A stretch of DNA of 64,000 bases from Polyangiaceae bacterium (GCA_035063585.1 JAPSGB010000004.1:32001-96000); one strand, 5' to 3'; numbered from the stretch's first letter, positions 8,372-20,376 are shown. The notes: generated by a model from the letters alone, not told the origin. Translations and numbers: made by a program.

Positions 8372-9685
8372 TCAGCTCCCGAACCAGCGACGCCAGAACG
8401 GGTCGTGCTTCTTCGGCTCCGGTGGCGGCGCGACGCGCTCGCGCGGCGGCGGCTGCGCGAGGGCCTCCTCGGCGGTGACCTCCCGGGCCGCGATCTCCTC
8501 CGCGCGCTGCGCGGGCTCGGCCGCTGGCTTCGGCGGAGGCCGGCGGACCGGGGGCGGAGGCGGCTTGGGAGCCTCCTCGAACACGGAGTCGAGCCCCCAC
8601 GCGCTCGGATCTTCGAAGCCTTCGCCCGCCGACACGCCTCGCGTCCCGAGCGCCGACGAGTGGACCGGCTCCGCGTCTCCGGCGAGCACGCCGGAGAAGT
8701 CATGGAGCGCGTCGATGATGAGATCGCCGATCATCGCCGAGGCGTCCGGCCCGCGAGCGCGCCGCTTGAGCGCCCGCTCGTCGGCGACGGCCTTCACGAG
8801 CTCGGCGACGTCCGTGTAGATGACCGGTGGCCGGCGCGTGAGCACGATCGCCAAGTCGCGCGCGAGCTCGTCGCCGGTGCCGTAGCGATGGGCGCGATCA
8901 CGAGCGAGCGCCTTGGCGAGCACGCGGACGACGTCCTCGGGCACATCGGGGCGAAATTGGCGCAGATCCGGGATGTGCGCGTCGCGGACCAGCTTGAACG
9001 TCTCGAGATCGTTCTCGCCGAGGAAGAGCCGGCGGCCGGCCAGCATCTCCCACAGCAGGATGCCGGCGGCGAAGAGGTCCACGCGCTGGTCTGCCCCGAG
9101 CCCCAGAGTCACCTCCGGCGCGAGGTAACCGAATTTTCCCTTCACCATGTCCTCGTCCTCCTCGGTGAGGTGCGAGCTGGCGCGCGCGAGCCCGAAGTCG
9201 ACGAGCTTTACCTCGCCGTAACGCGTCATGAGGACGTTTTGCGGAGAGATGTCGCGGTGAACGATCTCGAGCGGGCGCCCCTGGTGGTCACAGGCCTGGT
9301 GCGCGTAAGCGAGCCCCTCCGCGATCCCGAGCGAGATGAGCAGCGCCACCTCGACGCGCATCTGCTTGCCGTGCGCCGTGAGATGCTCGAGCACACCCTT
9401 GAGGTCCGCGCCGTCGACGTACTCCATGACGATGAAGTGCGAGCCGGCGCCCTGCCCGATGTCGAACACCTGCACGCAGCGCGAGTGGCTCAAGTAGGCG
9501 CCGAGGCGCGCCTCGTCGAGGAACATGTTGATGAACTCGCGATTGGCGCTGAGCTTGGGGAGCACGCGCTTGATCGCGACCTTCTTGCGAAACCCCTCGA
9601 TGCCCGCGCTCTCGCCGCGGTACACCTCCGCCATTCCGCCCGCCGCGATCCGCTCGATGACCTGATACCGCTGACCATCACTCAT
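8372..9685 (-). CDS. Eukaryote-like (Hanks-type) Ser/Thr protein kinase
   Basis: GGMAEVY, VAIK, HRDISPQN, DFG and APE motifs; no TM segment; Pro-rich tail. Confidence 0.95.
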   Translation of the reverse strand: MSDGQRYQVIERIAAGGMAEVYRGESAGIEGFRKKVAIKRVLPKLSANREFINMFLDEARLGAYLSHSRCVQVFDIGQGAGSHFIVMEYVDGADLKGVLEHLTAHGKQMRVEVALLISLGIAEGLAYAHQACDHQGRPLEIVHRDISPQNVLMTRYGEVKLVDFGLARASSHLTEEDEDMVKGKFGYLAPEVTLGLGADQRVDLFAAGILLWEMLAGRRLFLGENDLETFKLVRDAHIPDLRQFRPDVPEDVVRVLAKALARDRAHRYGTGDELARDLAIVLTRRPPVIYTDVAELVKAVADERALKRRARGPDASAMIGDLIIDALHDFSGVLAGDAEPVHSSALGTRGVSAGEGFEDPSAWGLDSVFEEAPKPPPPPVRRPPPKPAAEPAQRAEEIAAREVTAEEALAQPPPRERVAPPPEPKKHDPFWRRWFGS

Positions 9686-9847
9686 GGCTCTTCACCATTG
9701 TCGCATCGGTCGACCGGGATCGGACGGACAATCAGCCCGCGGCTTCCGGAAATCCCGGCGCGCGGCGGCCCTCGCGACGAGCCCCGGCGCGGGCGGCAGC
9801 GTCGCCGGCGAGCGCCGTCCCATCGCCATGGTATCCTTGGCGGCGCC

Positions 9848-11098
9848 ATGCGGACGGCTCTCTTCCTTCTCTGTCTCGCCTCGTTCGGCTGCGCCACCTC
9901 GGGTGTCGACGAGCAGGCGGACCCAAACCACCACCCGCAACCGGACGCCTCCACCCTCCCTGACGACTCGGGCATGGATGGCGGCGGCGGCGGCGGGGGC
10001 GCGCCGAGCGAGGCGGGAACCTGGCCCGGGAGCTGCACGGACGGAGAGACCGAGGCGTGCTACTCGGGTCCGCCGAGCACCAAGGACGTCGGCGCCTGCC
10101 GGCACGGGACGCACGCCTGCCAGGGCGGGGACTTCCCGGCGAGCTGCACCGGGGAGGTGCTGCCGGCCGCGGCCGAAGCGTGCGACGGCGTCGACGACGA
10201 CTGCGACGGAACCATCGACGAAGGATGCGGGTGCAGCGAAGGCGAGACGAGGCCCTGCTACACGGGTGCGCCAGGCACCGACGGCGTCGGACCGTGCAAG
10301 GCGGGGACGCAGACCTGCGCCAGCGGGACGTGGAGCGCGTGCTCGGGCGCGGTGCTCCCGCTCGACGAGACGTGCAACGCAGTCGACGACGACTGCAACG
10401 GGAGCGTAGACGACCAGGTCGGGCTCCGCCTGTATTCGAGGCTATTTACCGCGACCGCGTGGACCAAGGAGTACCTCTCGAGCGTGTGGACGGGGCCGAA
10501 CGCGCCGCCGCCCTGCGCTGTCGTGCTGGAAACGGTCCTCATCACCGACATCGATCGGCTCTTGGTGTTCACGGCGGACGGGAAGCTCTACTTGCGCAAG
10601 AATGGCGTCTGGGGCCCGCCGATCGATGACGCGCGCACGGTCTTCGGCAGCCTCCCGGTGAAGTTCAGCTCCGTCTATCAGGTGCCGCACTCGCTCTTCC
10701 CGCCTCACACCGCGCGCGGCGCGGACCTCACCTTCTCGGCGCCGCCCAAGGCGTACATCTACGCGTACAGCCAGGAGGACGTCGTCTCGGCCGCGAACAT
10801 CGTCGACCTCTCCGACGACCGGGACGCCGGCGGCCCGAATCAGCCGGGGGAGCTCCCACTCTGGTCGCTCGAGCAGTTCGATCCGTCGCTCTTCGGGCAG
10901 TCCGCCGAGGCGAGCCAAGTCTACACGGAGTACGAGAGCGGCATCGTCTATCGCTTCGACGCGGCCTTCGTCTGGAGGAGCTGGCCCGCTGCGCTCAGCC
11001 CCATCTGGTCGGGGACCACGGGCTCGCCACCGGCCAAGAGCTGCGTGGCCGGGTTCGCGGAACACACGCCCGAGAAGATGTATCTCGTCTGCCCGTGA
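9848..11098 (+). CDS. Cys-rich lipoprotein with MopE-like putative metal-binding repeats
   Basis: Lipobox SFG-C; two units ending EACDGVDDDCDGTIDE and ETCNAVDDDCNGSVDD. Confidence 0.75.
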   Translation: MRTALFLLCLASFGCATSGVDEQADPNHHPQPDASTLPDDSGMDGGGGGGGAPSEAGTWPGSCTDGETEACYSGPPSTKDVGACRHGTHACQGGDFPASCTGEVLPAAAEACDGVDDDCDGTIDEGCGCSEGETRPCYTGAPGTDGVGPCKAGTQTCASGTWSACSGAVLPLDETCNAVDDDCNGSVDDQVGLRLYSRLFTATAWTKEYLSSVWTGPNAPPPCAVVLETVLITDIDRLLVFTADGKLYLRKNGVWGPPIDDARTVFGSLPVKFSSVYQVPHSLFPPHTARGADLTFSAPPKAYIYAYSQEDVVSAANIVDLSDDRDAGGPNQPGELPLWSLEQFDPSLFGQSAEASQVYTEYESGIVYRFDAAFVWRSWPAALSPIWSGTTGSPPAKSCVAGFAEHTPEKMYLVCP

Positions 11099-11160
11099 GG
11101 CAGCGAGCTCGCCACCCGCCGAGCCCCAGCCCGCTCCCGGTGGCGCCTCGTTCGGGGGTT

Positions 11161-11179
11161 GTCGGTCCGGCGCGGAATC
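11161..11179 (-). repeat. Dispersed REP-like repeat copy
   Basis: GATTCCGCGCCGGACCGAC on the minus strand, overlapping the argS stop codon. Confidence 0.7.
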
Positions 11180-12899
11180 ACATCCGCGCGATGGTCGCGA
11201 TGCCGAGCAGCCCGAGCCCGCGCTCGAGTTGGCGAGCGGTCAGGTCGCAGAGGACGAGGCGCGTGTCGCGGGTCGCTCCGGCGCTCTTCAGGACCGGGCA
11301 CGCCTCGTAAAATGAGCTGAATTCGCGCGCGAGAGCGTAGAGGTGATCGGCCACGAGGTGCGGATACCCCTCCGCGGCCGCGTGCACGGCGTCGCCGAAG
11401 GTGAGCAGCTGTTTGGCGAGCCCGAGCTCCTCGCGCGCCTCGAGCACGAGGGGCGCGTCGAGCTCGAGCGCGGAAGGCTCGACGCCACCCTTCGAGAAGA
11501 TCGCGCCGATGCGCGCCCGCGCGTACTGCAGGTACGGTCCGGCGTTCCCCTTGAAAGAGATCATCTTGTCCCAGTCGAACTGGTAGTCGCTCAGGCGATT
11601 CTGCCGGAGATCCGCGTAGCGCACCGCGCCGATGCCGACCGCGCGCGCGACCGCGTCGAGCTCGGCCTCGGGCACGTCGAGCCCCTCCTCGCGGATCCTG
11701 GCGCGCGCGCGCTCCTCGGCCTCGTCGAGGAGCGAGGCGAGCGTCACGGCCCTGCCCTCTCGCGTCTTCAGCGGCTTGCCGTCCGGACCCATCACGGTAC
11801 CGAAGCCGAGGTGCTCCAACTTCATCTCTACGCCGAGCTTGCGCGCCACCGCGAAGAGCTGCCTGAAATGGAGCGACTGCCGCTGATCGACGACGTAGAC
11901 GGACCGATCTGCATGGAAACGGTCCCGCCGGTAGAGAATGGTCGCGATGTCCGTGGTGGAGTACAAAAAGGCGCCGTCCTTCTTCCGCACGATGAACGGT
12001 GTCTCCACCTTGGAGAGCTCCGGATCGTCCTCGAAGAACACGCAGAGCGCGCCGTCGTCCTCGCGAGCGATCCCGCGCGCCAAGAGCTCACTCACGACGC
12101 CGGGCAAGAGCTCGTGGTAGGCGCTCTCACCGAGCCACTCGTCGAAGGTCACCCCGAGACGAGCGTAGATCGCCTCGAGTGAGCGCCGCGTCGCGGCCAC
12201 GAACCGCTCCCAGAGCGCGCGGTTCTCCGGAGCCCCAGCCTGGAGTCGCGCGAGCTCGGCGCGCGCGGCATCGGCGAACGTCGAGTCCGTCTTGGCCCGC
12301 TCGGCAGCGTAGCGATAGACGCGCTCGAGTTCCGCGATGGCGTCCTGCGCGAGCGCCTCCTCGGAGCCCACCTCACGCATCCCGACGATGAGCAGGCCGT
12401 ACTGGGTGCCCCAATCGCCGAGGTGGTTGTCCCCGATGACCTCGTGCCCGACCGCGCGCAGGATACGCACCATCGCGTCGCCGATGATGGTCGAGCGCAG
12501 GTGGCCTACGTGCATTTCCTTTGCGATGTTGGGGCTCGAGAAATCGACGACCACGCGCTCGACGGGCGCGGCGGTCGGGATCCCGTCGCGCGCGCGGTCC
12601 CTCGCGTCCTCGAGCAGCCGCTCGGCGAGCCACGCGGGGGCGAGGCGGAGGTTCACGAAGCCGGGGCCCGCGACCTCCGCCGTAGAGAACGCGGGCGCGG
12701 CGGCGAGCCGCTCGGCGATCGGGGTCGCGAGCTCACGCGGCCGCTGCGCCAGCTTCTTGGCGAGCGGCAGCGCGCCGTTCACCTGGTAGTCGCCGTGCTC
12801 GGGGGTGGTGGTCGGGCGGACGCCGGCGGGCGCGTCCACCCCGTGCGCGGCGCGGATGGCGTCCGCAGCCAGCGTCTCGAGGGTCGAGAGGAGTCTCAT
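11178..12899 (-). CDS. argS: Arginine--tRNA ligase
   Basis: DFSSPNIAKEMHVGHLRSTIIGD, NHLGDWGTQ, GNAGPYLQY, C-terminal RM. Confidence 0.97.
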   Translation of the reverse strand: MRLLSTLETLAADAIRAAHGVDAPAGVRPTTTPEHGDYQVNGALPLAKKLAQRPRELATPIAERLAAAPAFSTAEVAGPGFVNLRLAPAWLAERLLEDARDRARDGIPTAAPVERVVVDFSSPNIAKEMHVGHLRSTIIGDAMVRILRAVGHEVIGDNHLGDWGTQYGLLIVGMREVGSEEALAQDAIAELERVYRYAAERAKTDSTFADAARAELARLQAGAPENRALWERFVAATRRSLEAIYARLGVTFDEWLGESAYHELLPGVVSELLARGIAREDDGALCVFFEDDPELSKVETPFIVRKKDGAFLYSTTDIATILYRRDRFHADRSVYVVDQRQSLHFRQLFAVARKLGVEMKLEHLGFGTVMGPDGKPLKTREGRAVTLASLLDEAEERARARIREEGLDVPEAELDAVARAVGIGAVRYADLRQNRLSDYQFDWDKMISFKGNAGPYLQYARARIGAIFSKGGVEPSALELDAPLVLEAREELGLAKQLLTFGDAVHAAAEGYPHLVADHLYALAREFSSFYEACPVLKSAGATRDTRLVLCDLTARQLERGLGLLGIATIARM

Positions 12900-12957
12900 G
12901 CGAGCGCTCTTCGTAGACGCGGACGGCCGGGCTGTCCACCGGGCGCGTCGCCGCGAC

Positions 12958-12976
12958 GGTTCCGCGCCGGACCGAC
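12958..12976 (+). repeat. Dispersed REP-like repeat copy
   Basis: GGTTCCGCGCCGGACCGAC, intergenic. Confidence 0.7.
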
Positions 12977-13034
12977 CTCACCCAACCCCAGGCCCCCGGC
13001 TGCGACCGCAACCGAGCCGGGCGGGCGCGCGCCT

Positions 13035-14369
13035 TCAGTTGAGGCCGTACCGCTTGAGCTTGTCGTACAGGGTGCGAAGCCCGATCCCGAGGCGCTCGGC
13101 GGCGCGCTTTCGATTCCCACCGACCTGGGAGAGCGCGTGCTCGATGGCGAGGCGCTCCAGGTGCTCGAGCGTCCCCGAGCCGGGATCGATGGCTGGCTCG
13201 CGCGCCGCGCTCACCGGATCGATGATGACGTGCTCGGCGGTGATGACACGATGGTCGGCGAGGATGACCGCGCGCTCGAGGGTATTTTCGAGCTCGCGGA
13301 TGTTGCCTGGCCAGGGCGCGCTCTCGATGCGCGCGAGCGCCGCCTCGTCGAGCACCAGCCCGGGGCGCCCGAGCTCCGCGGCGATGCGCGCGAGCAGGTG
13401 CTTGGCGAGCGGGCGGATGTCGGCGCGTCGTTCCCGGAGCGACGGGAGCCGCACCGGAAACACCGCGAGCCTGTGGTAGAGATCTTCGCGGAAGCGACCG
13501 ACCGAGACCATCTCCGCGAGATCGCGATTGGTCGCAGCGATCCAGCGGACGTCGGCGTGCATGGTGCGGGCGCCGCCGACTCGCTCGAAGGTGCGCTCCT
13601 GCAGTACGCGAAGGAGCTTCGCCTGCAAGTCCGGGCGAAGCTCGCCCACCTCGTCGAGGAAGAACGTGCCTCCCGCAGCGAGCTCGATACGACCCCGCCT
13701 CGAGGCGTGCGCCCCGGTGAACGCGCCGCGCTCGTGACCGAAGAGCTCGCTCTCGAGCAGGTGCTCGGACAGCGCCGCGCAGTTGATGGCGACGAACGGA
13801 CCGGCGCCGCGCGGGCTGTGGCGATGGATCGCGCGCGCCGCGACCTCCTTGCCGGTGCCGCTCTCTCCCGCGAGGAGCACGGTCGCGTCGGTGCGCGCGA
13901 CCTTGTGGAGCGCCTCGACGATGCGCTGCATCCCAGCGTCGGCGTATCCGAGCGGTGGCGACTCCAGCTCGGCGCGTGAGGCGCCCTCCTTGAGCGTCAG
14001 GAGCGAGCGCCGCTCGAGCGCGCGCGCAGCGACCAGCCGGAGCTCGGCGGGGCTCTCCACCGGCTTCTGCAGGAAATCGAAGGCTCCGAGCTTCATCGCC
14101 TCGACCGCGAGATCGATCGAGCCGTGGGCGGTGAGCACGATCACCTCGAGCTCCGGCTGCAGCTCGCGGGCGCGCTTGAGGAGCGACAGGCCATCCATGC
14201 CCGGCATCTTGAGATCGGTGATCACGAGGTCGAAGGCGCTCTTGGCGAGCTCGGCGAGCGCCGCCGCGCCGCTCGACACGGCGCGCGCCACGTGTCCTTC
14301 GACCTCGAGCGCTTCTGCGGCAAACTCGCGGATGCCTTCTTCGTCGTCGACGACCAGTATGTGTCCCAT
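13035..14369 (-). CDS. Sigma54-dependent NtrC-family response regulator
   Basis: REC domain (VVDDE, DLKMP), [22 protein letters not shown], Fis-type HTH. Confidence 0.96.
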   Translation of the reverse strand: MGHILVVDDEEGIREFAAEALEVEGHVARAVSSGAAALAELAKSAFDLVITDLKMPGMDGLSLLKRARELQPELEVIVLTAHGSIDLAVEAMKLGAFDFLQKPVESPAELRLVAARALERRSLLTLKEGASRAELESPPLGYADAGMQRIVEALHKVARTDATVLLAGESGTGKEVAARAIHRHSPRGAGPFVAINCAALSEHLLESELFGHERGAFTGAHASRRGRIELAAGGTFFLDEVGELRPDLQAKLLRVLQERTFERVGGARTMHADVRWIAATNRDLAEMVSVGRFREDLYHRLAVFPVRLPSLRERRADIRPLAKHLLARIAAELGRPGLVLDEAALARIESAPWPGNIRELENTLERAVILADHRVITAEHVIIDPVSAAREPAIDPGSGTLEHLERLAIEHALSQVGGNRKRAAERLGIGLRTLYDKLKRYGLN

Positions 14370-15616
14370 CACTTGGTGCCCTGTCCCGGAATGACGATGC
14401 TGAAGAGCGCGCCACCACCCGGATGGTTTGCGGCGTCGAGCTTGCCACCGTGCATCTCGATGATGCGGCGCGCGACCGCTAACCCGAGCCCAACACCCTT
14501 GGCGCGTTTGGTGTAAAACGCCTCGAAGATGCGCTCTTCCTCTCCCGGCTCGAGGCCGGGCCCGTGATCGCGGACGGAGATGCGGAGCCCTCCGTCACCC
14601 TCACCCACCGCGACCTCGACGGGCGCGCCTCCCTCGGTCGCTTGGATGGCGTTGGTGAGGAGATTGCTCAAGACTTGGCGGAGCCGCTGGGGATCGAGCC
14701 GCCAGATCTCCGGGGCGGAGGCGCACGCGATCGTGACCCGCGCACCATCCACCGCTTCGACGGCCTGCTGCACGAGCTCGAGCGGACGGGCGTCGGTGAG
14801 CTCGACCTTGCCGGAGCGCAGAAAGTCGAGGAGCGTCGTCCCGAGATCCTCGAGCCGCTTGGCCTCGGCCACGATCCGGTCGGCCTTCTTCCGCTGCTTG
14901 CTCCCGTCCTCGAGCTGCTCGGCGAGGAGCTGAGCGTGCCCCTTGAGCGAGGCGAGTGGGTTTCGCATCTCGTGCGCGAGCACCGCGGACATCTCCCCGA
15001 GCTGCGCCAAGCGGCCCTCGCGCTCGAGCTGCTCCTCCTCGCGCTCGCGCTGCTCGAGGAGCCTCGAGAGGACGACCGCGACGACCAGGAAGGTAGCGGC
15101 GACCAGCACGCTCACGAGCAAGGTTCGGTTGGCATCGGCCTGGATGCGATTGGCCACGATGGGTTCGAGCTCGAGCACCAGCGTCGGGCGCTCGGCGTGC
15201 TTCGGACCTGGGGGGAACACCGCTCGCGCTCGCTCGGCGCTGCGAGTGACGGTGAGCTCGCCGTTCGCGGCGTGGAGACCCGTGAGCTCCGCGTGCCCCA
15301 CCGCCGCCACGGGTCTGCCGTCCGCGGCCAGAAACCCGACGTAGCGGAGACCTGCACTGCGCTGCTCTTCTAGAAAGCGCTCGAGGGCGGCGGTCGACTC
15401 CCACGGAGCCTGCTCGTGCGGGAGCTGTCGGAGGCTACCGAGGAACGCGCCGACCTGACCGCGCACGAGGAGCGAGGACGCCTCGTCGATGCGCCGCTTG
15501 CTCGCCCACGCGGTCCACGCCAGCGCCACCGCCATCGCCGCGGTGATCGCGATGAGGGCGTGGCGCGCCAGGCGCTGGCGCCCGCGATGACGAGCGGAGC
15601 GGCGAGTTCGCATCAT
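14369..15616 (-). CDS. Membrane sensor histidine kinase
   Basis: Two TMs, AHEMRNPL H-box, NLLTNA, DHGPG, GVGLGL. Confidence 0.95.
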   Translation of the reverse strand: MMRTRRSARHRGRQRLARHALIAITAAMAVALAWTAWASKRRIDEASSLLVRGQVGAFLGSLRQLPHEQAPWESTAALERFLEEQRSAGLRYVGFLAADGRPVAAVGHAELTGLHAANGELTVTRSAERARAVFPPGPKHAERPTLVLELEPIVANRIQADANRTLLVSVLVAATFLVVAVVLSRLLEQREREEEQLEREGRLAQLGEMSAVLAHEMRNPLASLKGHAQLLAEQLEDGSKQRKKADRIVAEAKRLEDLGTTLLDFLRSGKVELTDARPLELVQQAVEAVDGARVTIACASAPEIWRLDPQRLRQVLSNLLTNAIQATEGGAPVEVAVGEGDGGLRISVRDHGPGLEPGEEERIFEAFYTKRAKGVGLGLAVARRIIEMHGGKLDAANHPGGGALFSIVIPGQGTK

Positions 15617-17100
15617 GAAGCTCGCGGCGCGACGAGCCGCCCCATCAGGTGATCGATGGCGAGCGCAGCCTCGACCGCGTCCACCTGCGCGCGCGTCACG
15701 CGAAGCTCCGCCAGTCGAACGCTATCTTGGGCCTGCTGCACCTCCATCGGTAGGCCCTGACCGAGCGCGAAACGCTGCTGCTGGTAGGTGAGCTGAGTCC
15801 GCGCGATCTCGAGGGTGCGCTTGGCGGTAGCCAGCCGAGCCCGCGCAGCCTGCGCGTTGGTCACGGCGGCGAGCGCGGTCGAGGCGATGCGATCGCGTGC
15901 GGCGCGCAGGCTGGTGCGAGCTCGAAGCACCGCGAGGCGCGCCTTCTCGCGCTCGGCGTCCTTCTTGCGGTCCTCGAGCGGGAGCTGAAACACCAGCCCG
16001 ACCTGGGCGCTCCACCAACTCATGCTGCCCGCCCGCTGCCAGGAGTGCGGGAGCTCCGAGCTCACGCCGTTCGTCTCGAGATATCCGGAGAGATCTAGCC
16101 TCGGGCGCATGTCGTCGCCGGCCGTCTGCGCCTGAGTCTCGGCGAGCCGGACCTGGTCCTCGAGCTCGGCGAGCTCCACGGAGTCCTGCCGGATCGCCGC
16201 CTCGACCGCCGCCGCGCCGGGCAGCGGCCCCGGCTCGGGTAGCTCGGTGCTCGGCACCAGTCGCTCCGGGCTCGGGCCGAGGGCGCCCACCAGCTGGCTC
16301 AAACCAATCGAGCTCTGCTGGCGGCTCATCTCCGACGAGACGACGGTCTCCTCGAGCTGCGCGGTGGCGGTCTCATAGGACGCGAGATCGGCGACCGACA
16401 GCGCTCCGCTCTCGAGCTTCTGCCTCGCTTGCTGCTCCTGCTCCTCGGCTAGCGCGAGCGACGCGCGGTTGATGGTCACGACCCGCCCGGAGTACCAGAG
16501 CTCCCAGTACCCGAGCGACACGTCGCGGATGAGCTGGCTCTCGACCCGCCTCTTGGTCGAGCGGGCGGCCACGCGGGCCACCCGCGCGGCCCGGAGCTGC
16601 GCCTCCCCGATCTCGGTGCCGGCACCCCGAAGCAGCGGCTGCGTCAGCGACGCGCGCGCCGTCGCGACGTAGCCGGCGCCCGGAAATCCCGTGGTCCCCG
16701 TGGTAAGCCCGGAGGACTCCGTGTCGTAGTGCTCACCCTGCACGCGGAGCTGCGCCACGGTCCCCATCGGGAAGGTCCGGCTCAGCGTGCTACCGAGCAC
16801 CACCGAGCGGTTCGTATTCGAGCTTACCGAGTCTTCACGACCGAGCCGTGGCGAGTCCATGGTCGTGTAGCTGCCGTCCGCCTGGAAGGTATAGGGGTAC
16901 CGTCCCTCCTCCATGAGGACGCTCTGCTCCGCGCTGTCGATGTCGGTCCGTGCGCCCGCCAGGCCCGGATTGTTCGCGAGCGCGGCCGCGATGACGTCCG
17001 GGAGCGCGACCGCGCGCGTTCGCGCGGCTTCCTCCTGCGCCGTCGCGCTCGCCGAGTATCCAGCCACGAGCATCCCCGCGATGAGAGCCAGCTTATTCAT
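15613..17100 (-). CDS. TolC-family outer membrane efflux protein
   Basis: Signal peptide, ALANNP, TQPLLRG, duplicated helical repeats; overlaps both neighbours. Confidence 0.9.
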   Translation of the reverse strand: MNKLALIAGMLVAGYSASATAQEEAARTRAVALPDVIAAALANNPGLAGARTDIDSAEQSVLMEEGRYPYTFQADGSYTTMDSPRLGREDSVSSNTNRSVVLGSTLSRTFPMGTVAQLRVQGEHYDTESSGLTTGTTGFPGAGYVATARASLTQPLLRGAGTEIGEAQLRAARVARVAARSTKRRVESQLIRDVSLGYWELWYSGRVVTINRASLALAEEQEQQARQKLESGALSVADLASYETATAQLEETVVSSEMSRQQSSIGLSQLVGALGPSPERLVPSTELPEPGPLPGAAAVEAAIRQDSVELAELEDQVRLAETQAQTAGDDMRPRLDLSGYLETNGVSSELPHSWQRAGSMSWWSAQVGLVFQLPLEDRKKDAEREKARLAVLRARTSLRAARDRIASTALAAVTNAQAARARLATAKRTLEIARTQLTYQQQRFALGQGLPMEVQQAQDSVRLAELRVTRAQVDAVEAALAIDHLMGRLVAPRAS

Positions 17101-18298
17101 GTCTCAATGCCTCGATCGGATTCAGCCGCGCCGCCTTGTGCGCGGGCAGGTAGCCAAAGAGGACCCCCACCGCCGCGGAGAACCCGAAGGCCAAGAACAG
17201 GGTCCCCGGCTCCACGATGAAGGGCATCCCCATGGAATGGGTGACCGCGAACGACGTCCCGACGCCGACCGCCATGCCGATCAGCCCGCCGAGCGTCGAG
17301 AGCACCACGGCCTCGACGAGGAATTGCAGCATCACGTCGCTCGCCAGGGCTCCGATCGCGAGGCGGATCCCGATCTCACGTGTCCGCTCGGTCACGTTGA
17401 CGAGCATGATGTTCATGATCCCGATGCCGCCCACCAGCAGGCTTACGGCCGCGATCGCGCCGAGCAACGTCGTCATGGTGCTGGTCGAGGCGCTCACGGC
17501 CTGGGCAATCTCCTGCATGTCACGCACCGAAAAATCGTCATCGGCACCCTTGGCGATGTGCCGGCGCTGCCGGAGCAAATCAGTGATTTGTTGCTCGGCA
17601 ACCGCGGTGGACGCGGAGCTCTCGGCCGTGATGAAGATCGTGTTGATGTCCGTGGTGCCGATGAGCCGCCGCTGTACGGTGCGGAGCGGCATGATCACGA
17701 TGTCGTCCTGATCCTGCCCCATCCCGGATTGCCCCTTCGCCGTGAGCAGCCCGATGACTTGACAGCTCACCTTCCCGACTCGCATCTGCGCGCCGAGTGG
17801 ATCTCCGGAGCCGAAGAGGTTCTGGCGCACCGTCTCACCGATGACACACACCGCGCGCCCAGCCTTGACCTCACCGTCGGTCATCTTGCGGCCCGAGGCG
17901 AGCGTGTAGTCGCGGGTGAGGAGGTAGTCGTTCGTCCCGCCGATGATGGTGGAGCGGGAGTTCTTGTTACCGACCACCAGGTCTTGGGAGGTCTGCGCGG
18001 TCGGCGCGACATACTTCGCGCGCCGGACCTCGCTCCGAATGGCCTCCACGTCCGCCATCGTGAACGGCGACGCCGGCGTGTAGCTCGACGACCTCCGCCC
18101 CGCACCCGGGCTCACGATGAGCAGGTTCTGCCCGAGCTTGCCGATCTGGTCGCGGACGCTCTCGCTGGCGGCCTTGCCGATGTTGACCAGCGCGATGACG
18201 GCCGAGACCCCGATGATGATGCCGAGCATGGTCAGGAACGAGCGCATCTTGTTCCTGCGAAGCTCGCGCATCGCCATCATCAGGGTCTGGAAAATCAC
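17093..18298 (-). CDS. MacB-type ABC transporter permease
   Basis: [40 protein letters not shown]. Confidence 0.95.
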   Translation of the reverse strand: MIFQTLMMAMRELRRNKMRSFLTMLGIIIGVSAVIALVNIGKAASESVRDQIGKLGQNLLIVSPGAGRRSSSYTPASPFTMADVEAIRSEVRRAKYVAPTAQTSQDLVVGNKNSRSTIIGGTNDYLLTRDYTLASGRKMTDGEVKAGRAVCVIGETVRQNLFGSGDPLGAQMRVGKVSCQVIGLLTAKGQSGMGQDQDDIVIMPLRTVQRRLIGTTDINTIFITAESSASTAVAEQQITDLLRQRRHIAKGADDDFSVRDMQEIAQAVSASTSTMTTLLGAIAAVSLLVGGIGIMNIMLVNVTERTREIGIRLAIGALASDVMLQFLVEAVVLSTLGGLIGMAVGVGTSFAVTHSMGMPFIVEPGTLFLAFGFSAAVGVLFGYLPAHKAARLNPIEALRHE

Positions 18299-19056
18299 GG
18301 ACGAGCTCCCACCGAGCGTGGCGGGCGGGAGACCGGTCCGCTCGTCAGGATCTCTTCGGGGCGCCCTTCGCCGAGCACCTTCCCATCGCGAAACATCACC
18401 ACGCGCTGCACGTAGGCGGCCATGTCGGGCTCGTGCGTGACCATCGCCACGGTGATCCCGCGATCCTCGTTCAAGCGCACGAGGAGCTCCATGATGTCGA
18501 CCTTGGTGGCCGAGTCGAGGTTCCCGGTGGGCTCGTCGGCGAGCAGGAGCGACGGATCGCTGACCAGCGCACGGGCGATGGCGACCCGCTGCTGCTGTCC
18601 GCCCGAGAGCTCACTCGGGTGATGGGTGTAGCGCGAGCCGAGCCCCACCGACTCGAGCGCGGCGAGCCCGCGCTCGCGTCGTTCTTTGGCCGGCACGCGG
18701 CGATACACGAGCGGGAGCTCGACGTTCTCGAGCGCGGAGGTACGAGACAGGAGGTTGAACCCTTGAAATACGAACCCGATGTAGTGTCGTCGCAGCATGG
18801 CGCGCTCATCCGCGCCGAGCCCGGCGACGTCGACCCCGCGAAACAGGTACTCGCCAGAGGTGGGCGCGTCGAGGCAACCGACGATGTTCATCGTGGTGGA
18901 CTTGCCCGAGCCGCTCGCACCCATGATCGCGATGAACTCGCCAGAGTCGATCCGCATGTCGACGCCGTCGAGCGCGCGCACCTCGGCGTCTCCGCTACCG
19001 TAGATCTTCGAGATGCCTCGCAGCTCGACCACCGCCTCGCGCGCAGGCTCGGTCAC
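18295..19056 (-). CDS. ABC transporter ATP-binding protein (MacB/LolD-like)
   Basis: [26 protein letters not shown]. Confidence 0.96.
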   Translation of the reverse strand: MTEPAREAVVELRGISKIYGSGDAEVRALDGVDMRIDSGEFIAIMGASGSGKSTTMNIVGCLDAPTSGEYLFRGVDVAGLGADERAMLRRHYIGFVFQGFNLLSRTSALENVELPLVYRRVPAKERRERGLAALESVGLGSRYTHHPSELSGGQQQRVAIARALVSDPSLLLADEPTGNLDSATKVDIMELLVRLNEDRGITVAMVTHEPDMAAYVQRVVMFRDGKVLGEGRPEEILTSGPVSRPPRSVGARP

Positions 19057-20330
19057 GGCGCCTCTTCGGAGTCCTTGACGTCGGTGATGACCATCACGCC
19101 GGGTTCGAGCGCCGACGCGCTCACCTCGGTCTTGGTGCCGTCGGTCGCGCCGGTCTTCACCTCGACGCGCCGCGGTCGTCCATCCTTCAGGATGTAGACC
19201 GTGGGCGCGTTGGGATCGATCTTCGGTGCCGCCGAGCCCGCGGGCTTCGAGGAGCTTCGACGGCCACCCATGAACGGCAAGAACCCCATCGGCGGCCCAC
19301 CACGGGCGCCCGTCCGCGGCGGCTCGAAGCGAAGCGCCGCGTTCGGGACCAGGAGCACTCCCTTGCGCTCCGAGGTCACGATCGACGCGGTGGCGGTCAT
19401 ACCCGGGCGGAGCAGGCGCTCGTCATTGTCCACCGAGAGTTCCGCTGTGTAGGTGACCACGTTGGTGCCGGTCTTCGGCATGCTGTGGAGCTTCACGAGC
19501 TTCGCCGGAAACGCCTTGTCCGGGTAGGCGTCCACCTCGAAGCTCGCCTCTTGTCCCTCCTTCACGCCGCCCACGTCGGCCTCGTCCACGTCCACGTCGA
19601 GCTCGAGCTTGGTGAGATCACGAGCGAGGGTGAAGAGCACCGGGGTCTGAAATCCGGCGGTCACCGTCTGCCCTTGCTGAACGGTCCGATCGAGCACGAT
19701 GCCCGAGATGGGCGAGCGGATGATCGCCTTCGATAGCTGCGTATTCGAGGTCTTGAAGTCCGCGCGGGCGCTCACTTGCTGCGCGGACGCGGTGCTCATA
19801 CCCGCCTTGGCCTTGGTATAGGTCGCCTCGGCCGTCTCCAGATCCTGGCTCGAGAGGAGCCCCTTCGCGAAGAGATCGCGAGCGCGCTTCACCTTCACGT
19901 CAGCGTCGTTCAGCGTGGCCCTCGCGGACGCGGCGGCGGCCGAGGCGCTGGTCATGCCGGCCTTCGACTGGTCGACTCGCGCCTGGAGCGTCTCGGGGTC
20001 GATCTCCGCGAGGACGTCGCCTTCCTTGACGTGATCGTTGATGTCGAAGTTCACGCGGACGACGCGCCCGGTCACTTCCGCACCCACCTCGACCGAGTCG
20101 ACCGGGTTCAACGTGCCCGTCGCGGTCACGGTCTCACGAAGATCTCCGCGCTCCACCGGCACCGTGACGAAGTTCGCGCCGGCAGGCGCCTGCTTCGCGG
20201 TCATCGCGCGGTAGCCGAACCCGAGCCCAAGCACGATCAGGAGGGCGATGACGCCGAGGATCCAGCGCCGCCTCGCCCGCCCGCGGGGGCGAACCTTCTC
20301 GAGAACACCAAGTGCGTCTGTTCCAGCCAT
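19053..20330 (-). CDS. Efflux periplasmic adaptor (MacA-like membrane fusion protein)
   Basis: N-terminal TM, ATGTLNP, IRSPISG, VDEADVG, LRPGMTA. Confidence 0.93.
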   Translation of the reverse strand: MAGTDALGVLEKVRPRGRARRRWILGVIALLIVLGLGFGYRAMTAKQAPAGANFVTVPVERGDLRETVTATGTLNPVDSVEVGAEVTGRVVRVNFDINDHVKEGDVLAEIDPETLQARVDQSKAGMTSASAAAASARATLNDADVKVKRARDLFAKGLLSSQDLETAEATYTKAKAGMSTASAQQVSARADFKTSNTQLSKAIIRSPISGIVLDRTVQQGQTVTAGFQTPVLFTLARDLTKLELDVDVDEADVGGVKEGQEASFEVDAYPDKAFPAKLVKLHSMPKTGTNVVTYTAELSVDNDERLLRPGMTATASIVTSERKGVLLVPNAALRFEPPRTGARGGPPMGFLPFMGGRRSSSKPAGSAAPKIDPNAPTVYILKDGRPRRVEVKTGATDGTKTEVSASALEPGVMVITDVKDSEEAP

Positions 20331-20360
20331 GCTTCCGAAGTCCGCAGAGGTCGCCCTGTA

Positions 20361-20376
20361 TGCAAGTTACACACCG
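20361..20376 (-). promoter_or_regulatory. Candidate sigma54 -24/-12 promoter of the efflux/two-component operon
   Basis: Minus strand CGGTGTGTAACTTGCA = GG-N10-GC with a TTGCA -12 box, about 30 nt before ATG 20330. An AT-rich tract lies upstream. Confidence 0.55.

Noticed and set aside
8405..9847. Apparent 897-aa protein on the plus strand
   Set aside because: Its first half is the antisense of the kinase; the real lipoprotein starts at 9848.
15613..20330. Efflux operon as a Dispatched/Patched-like partner of the Hh protein
   Set aside because: It is an ABC (MacAB-TolC) system, not an RND/sterol-sensing protein, and lies more than 8 kb away beyond unrelated genes.
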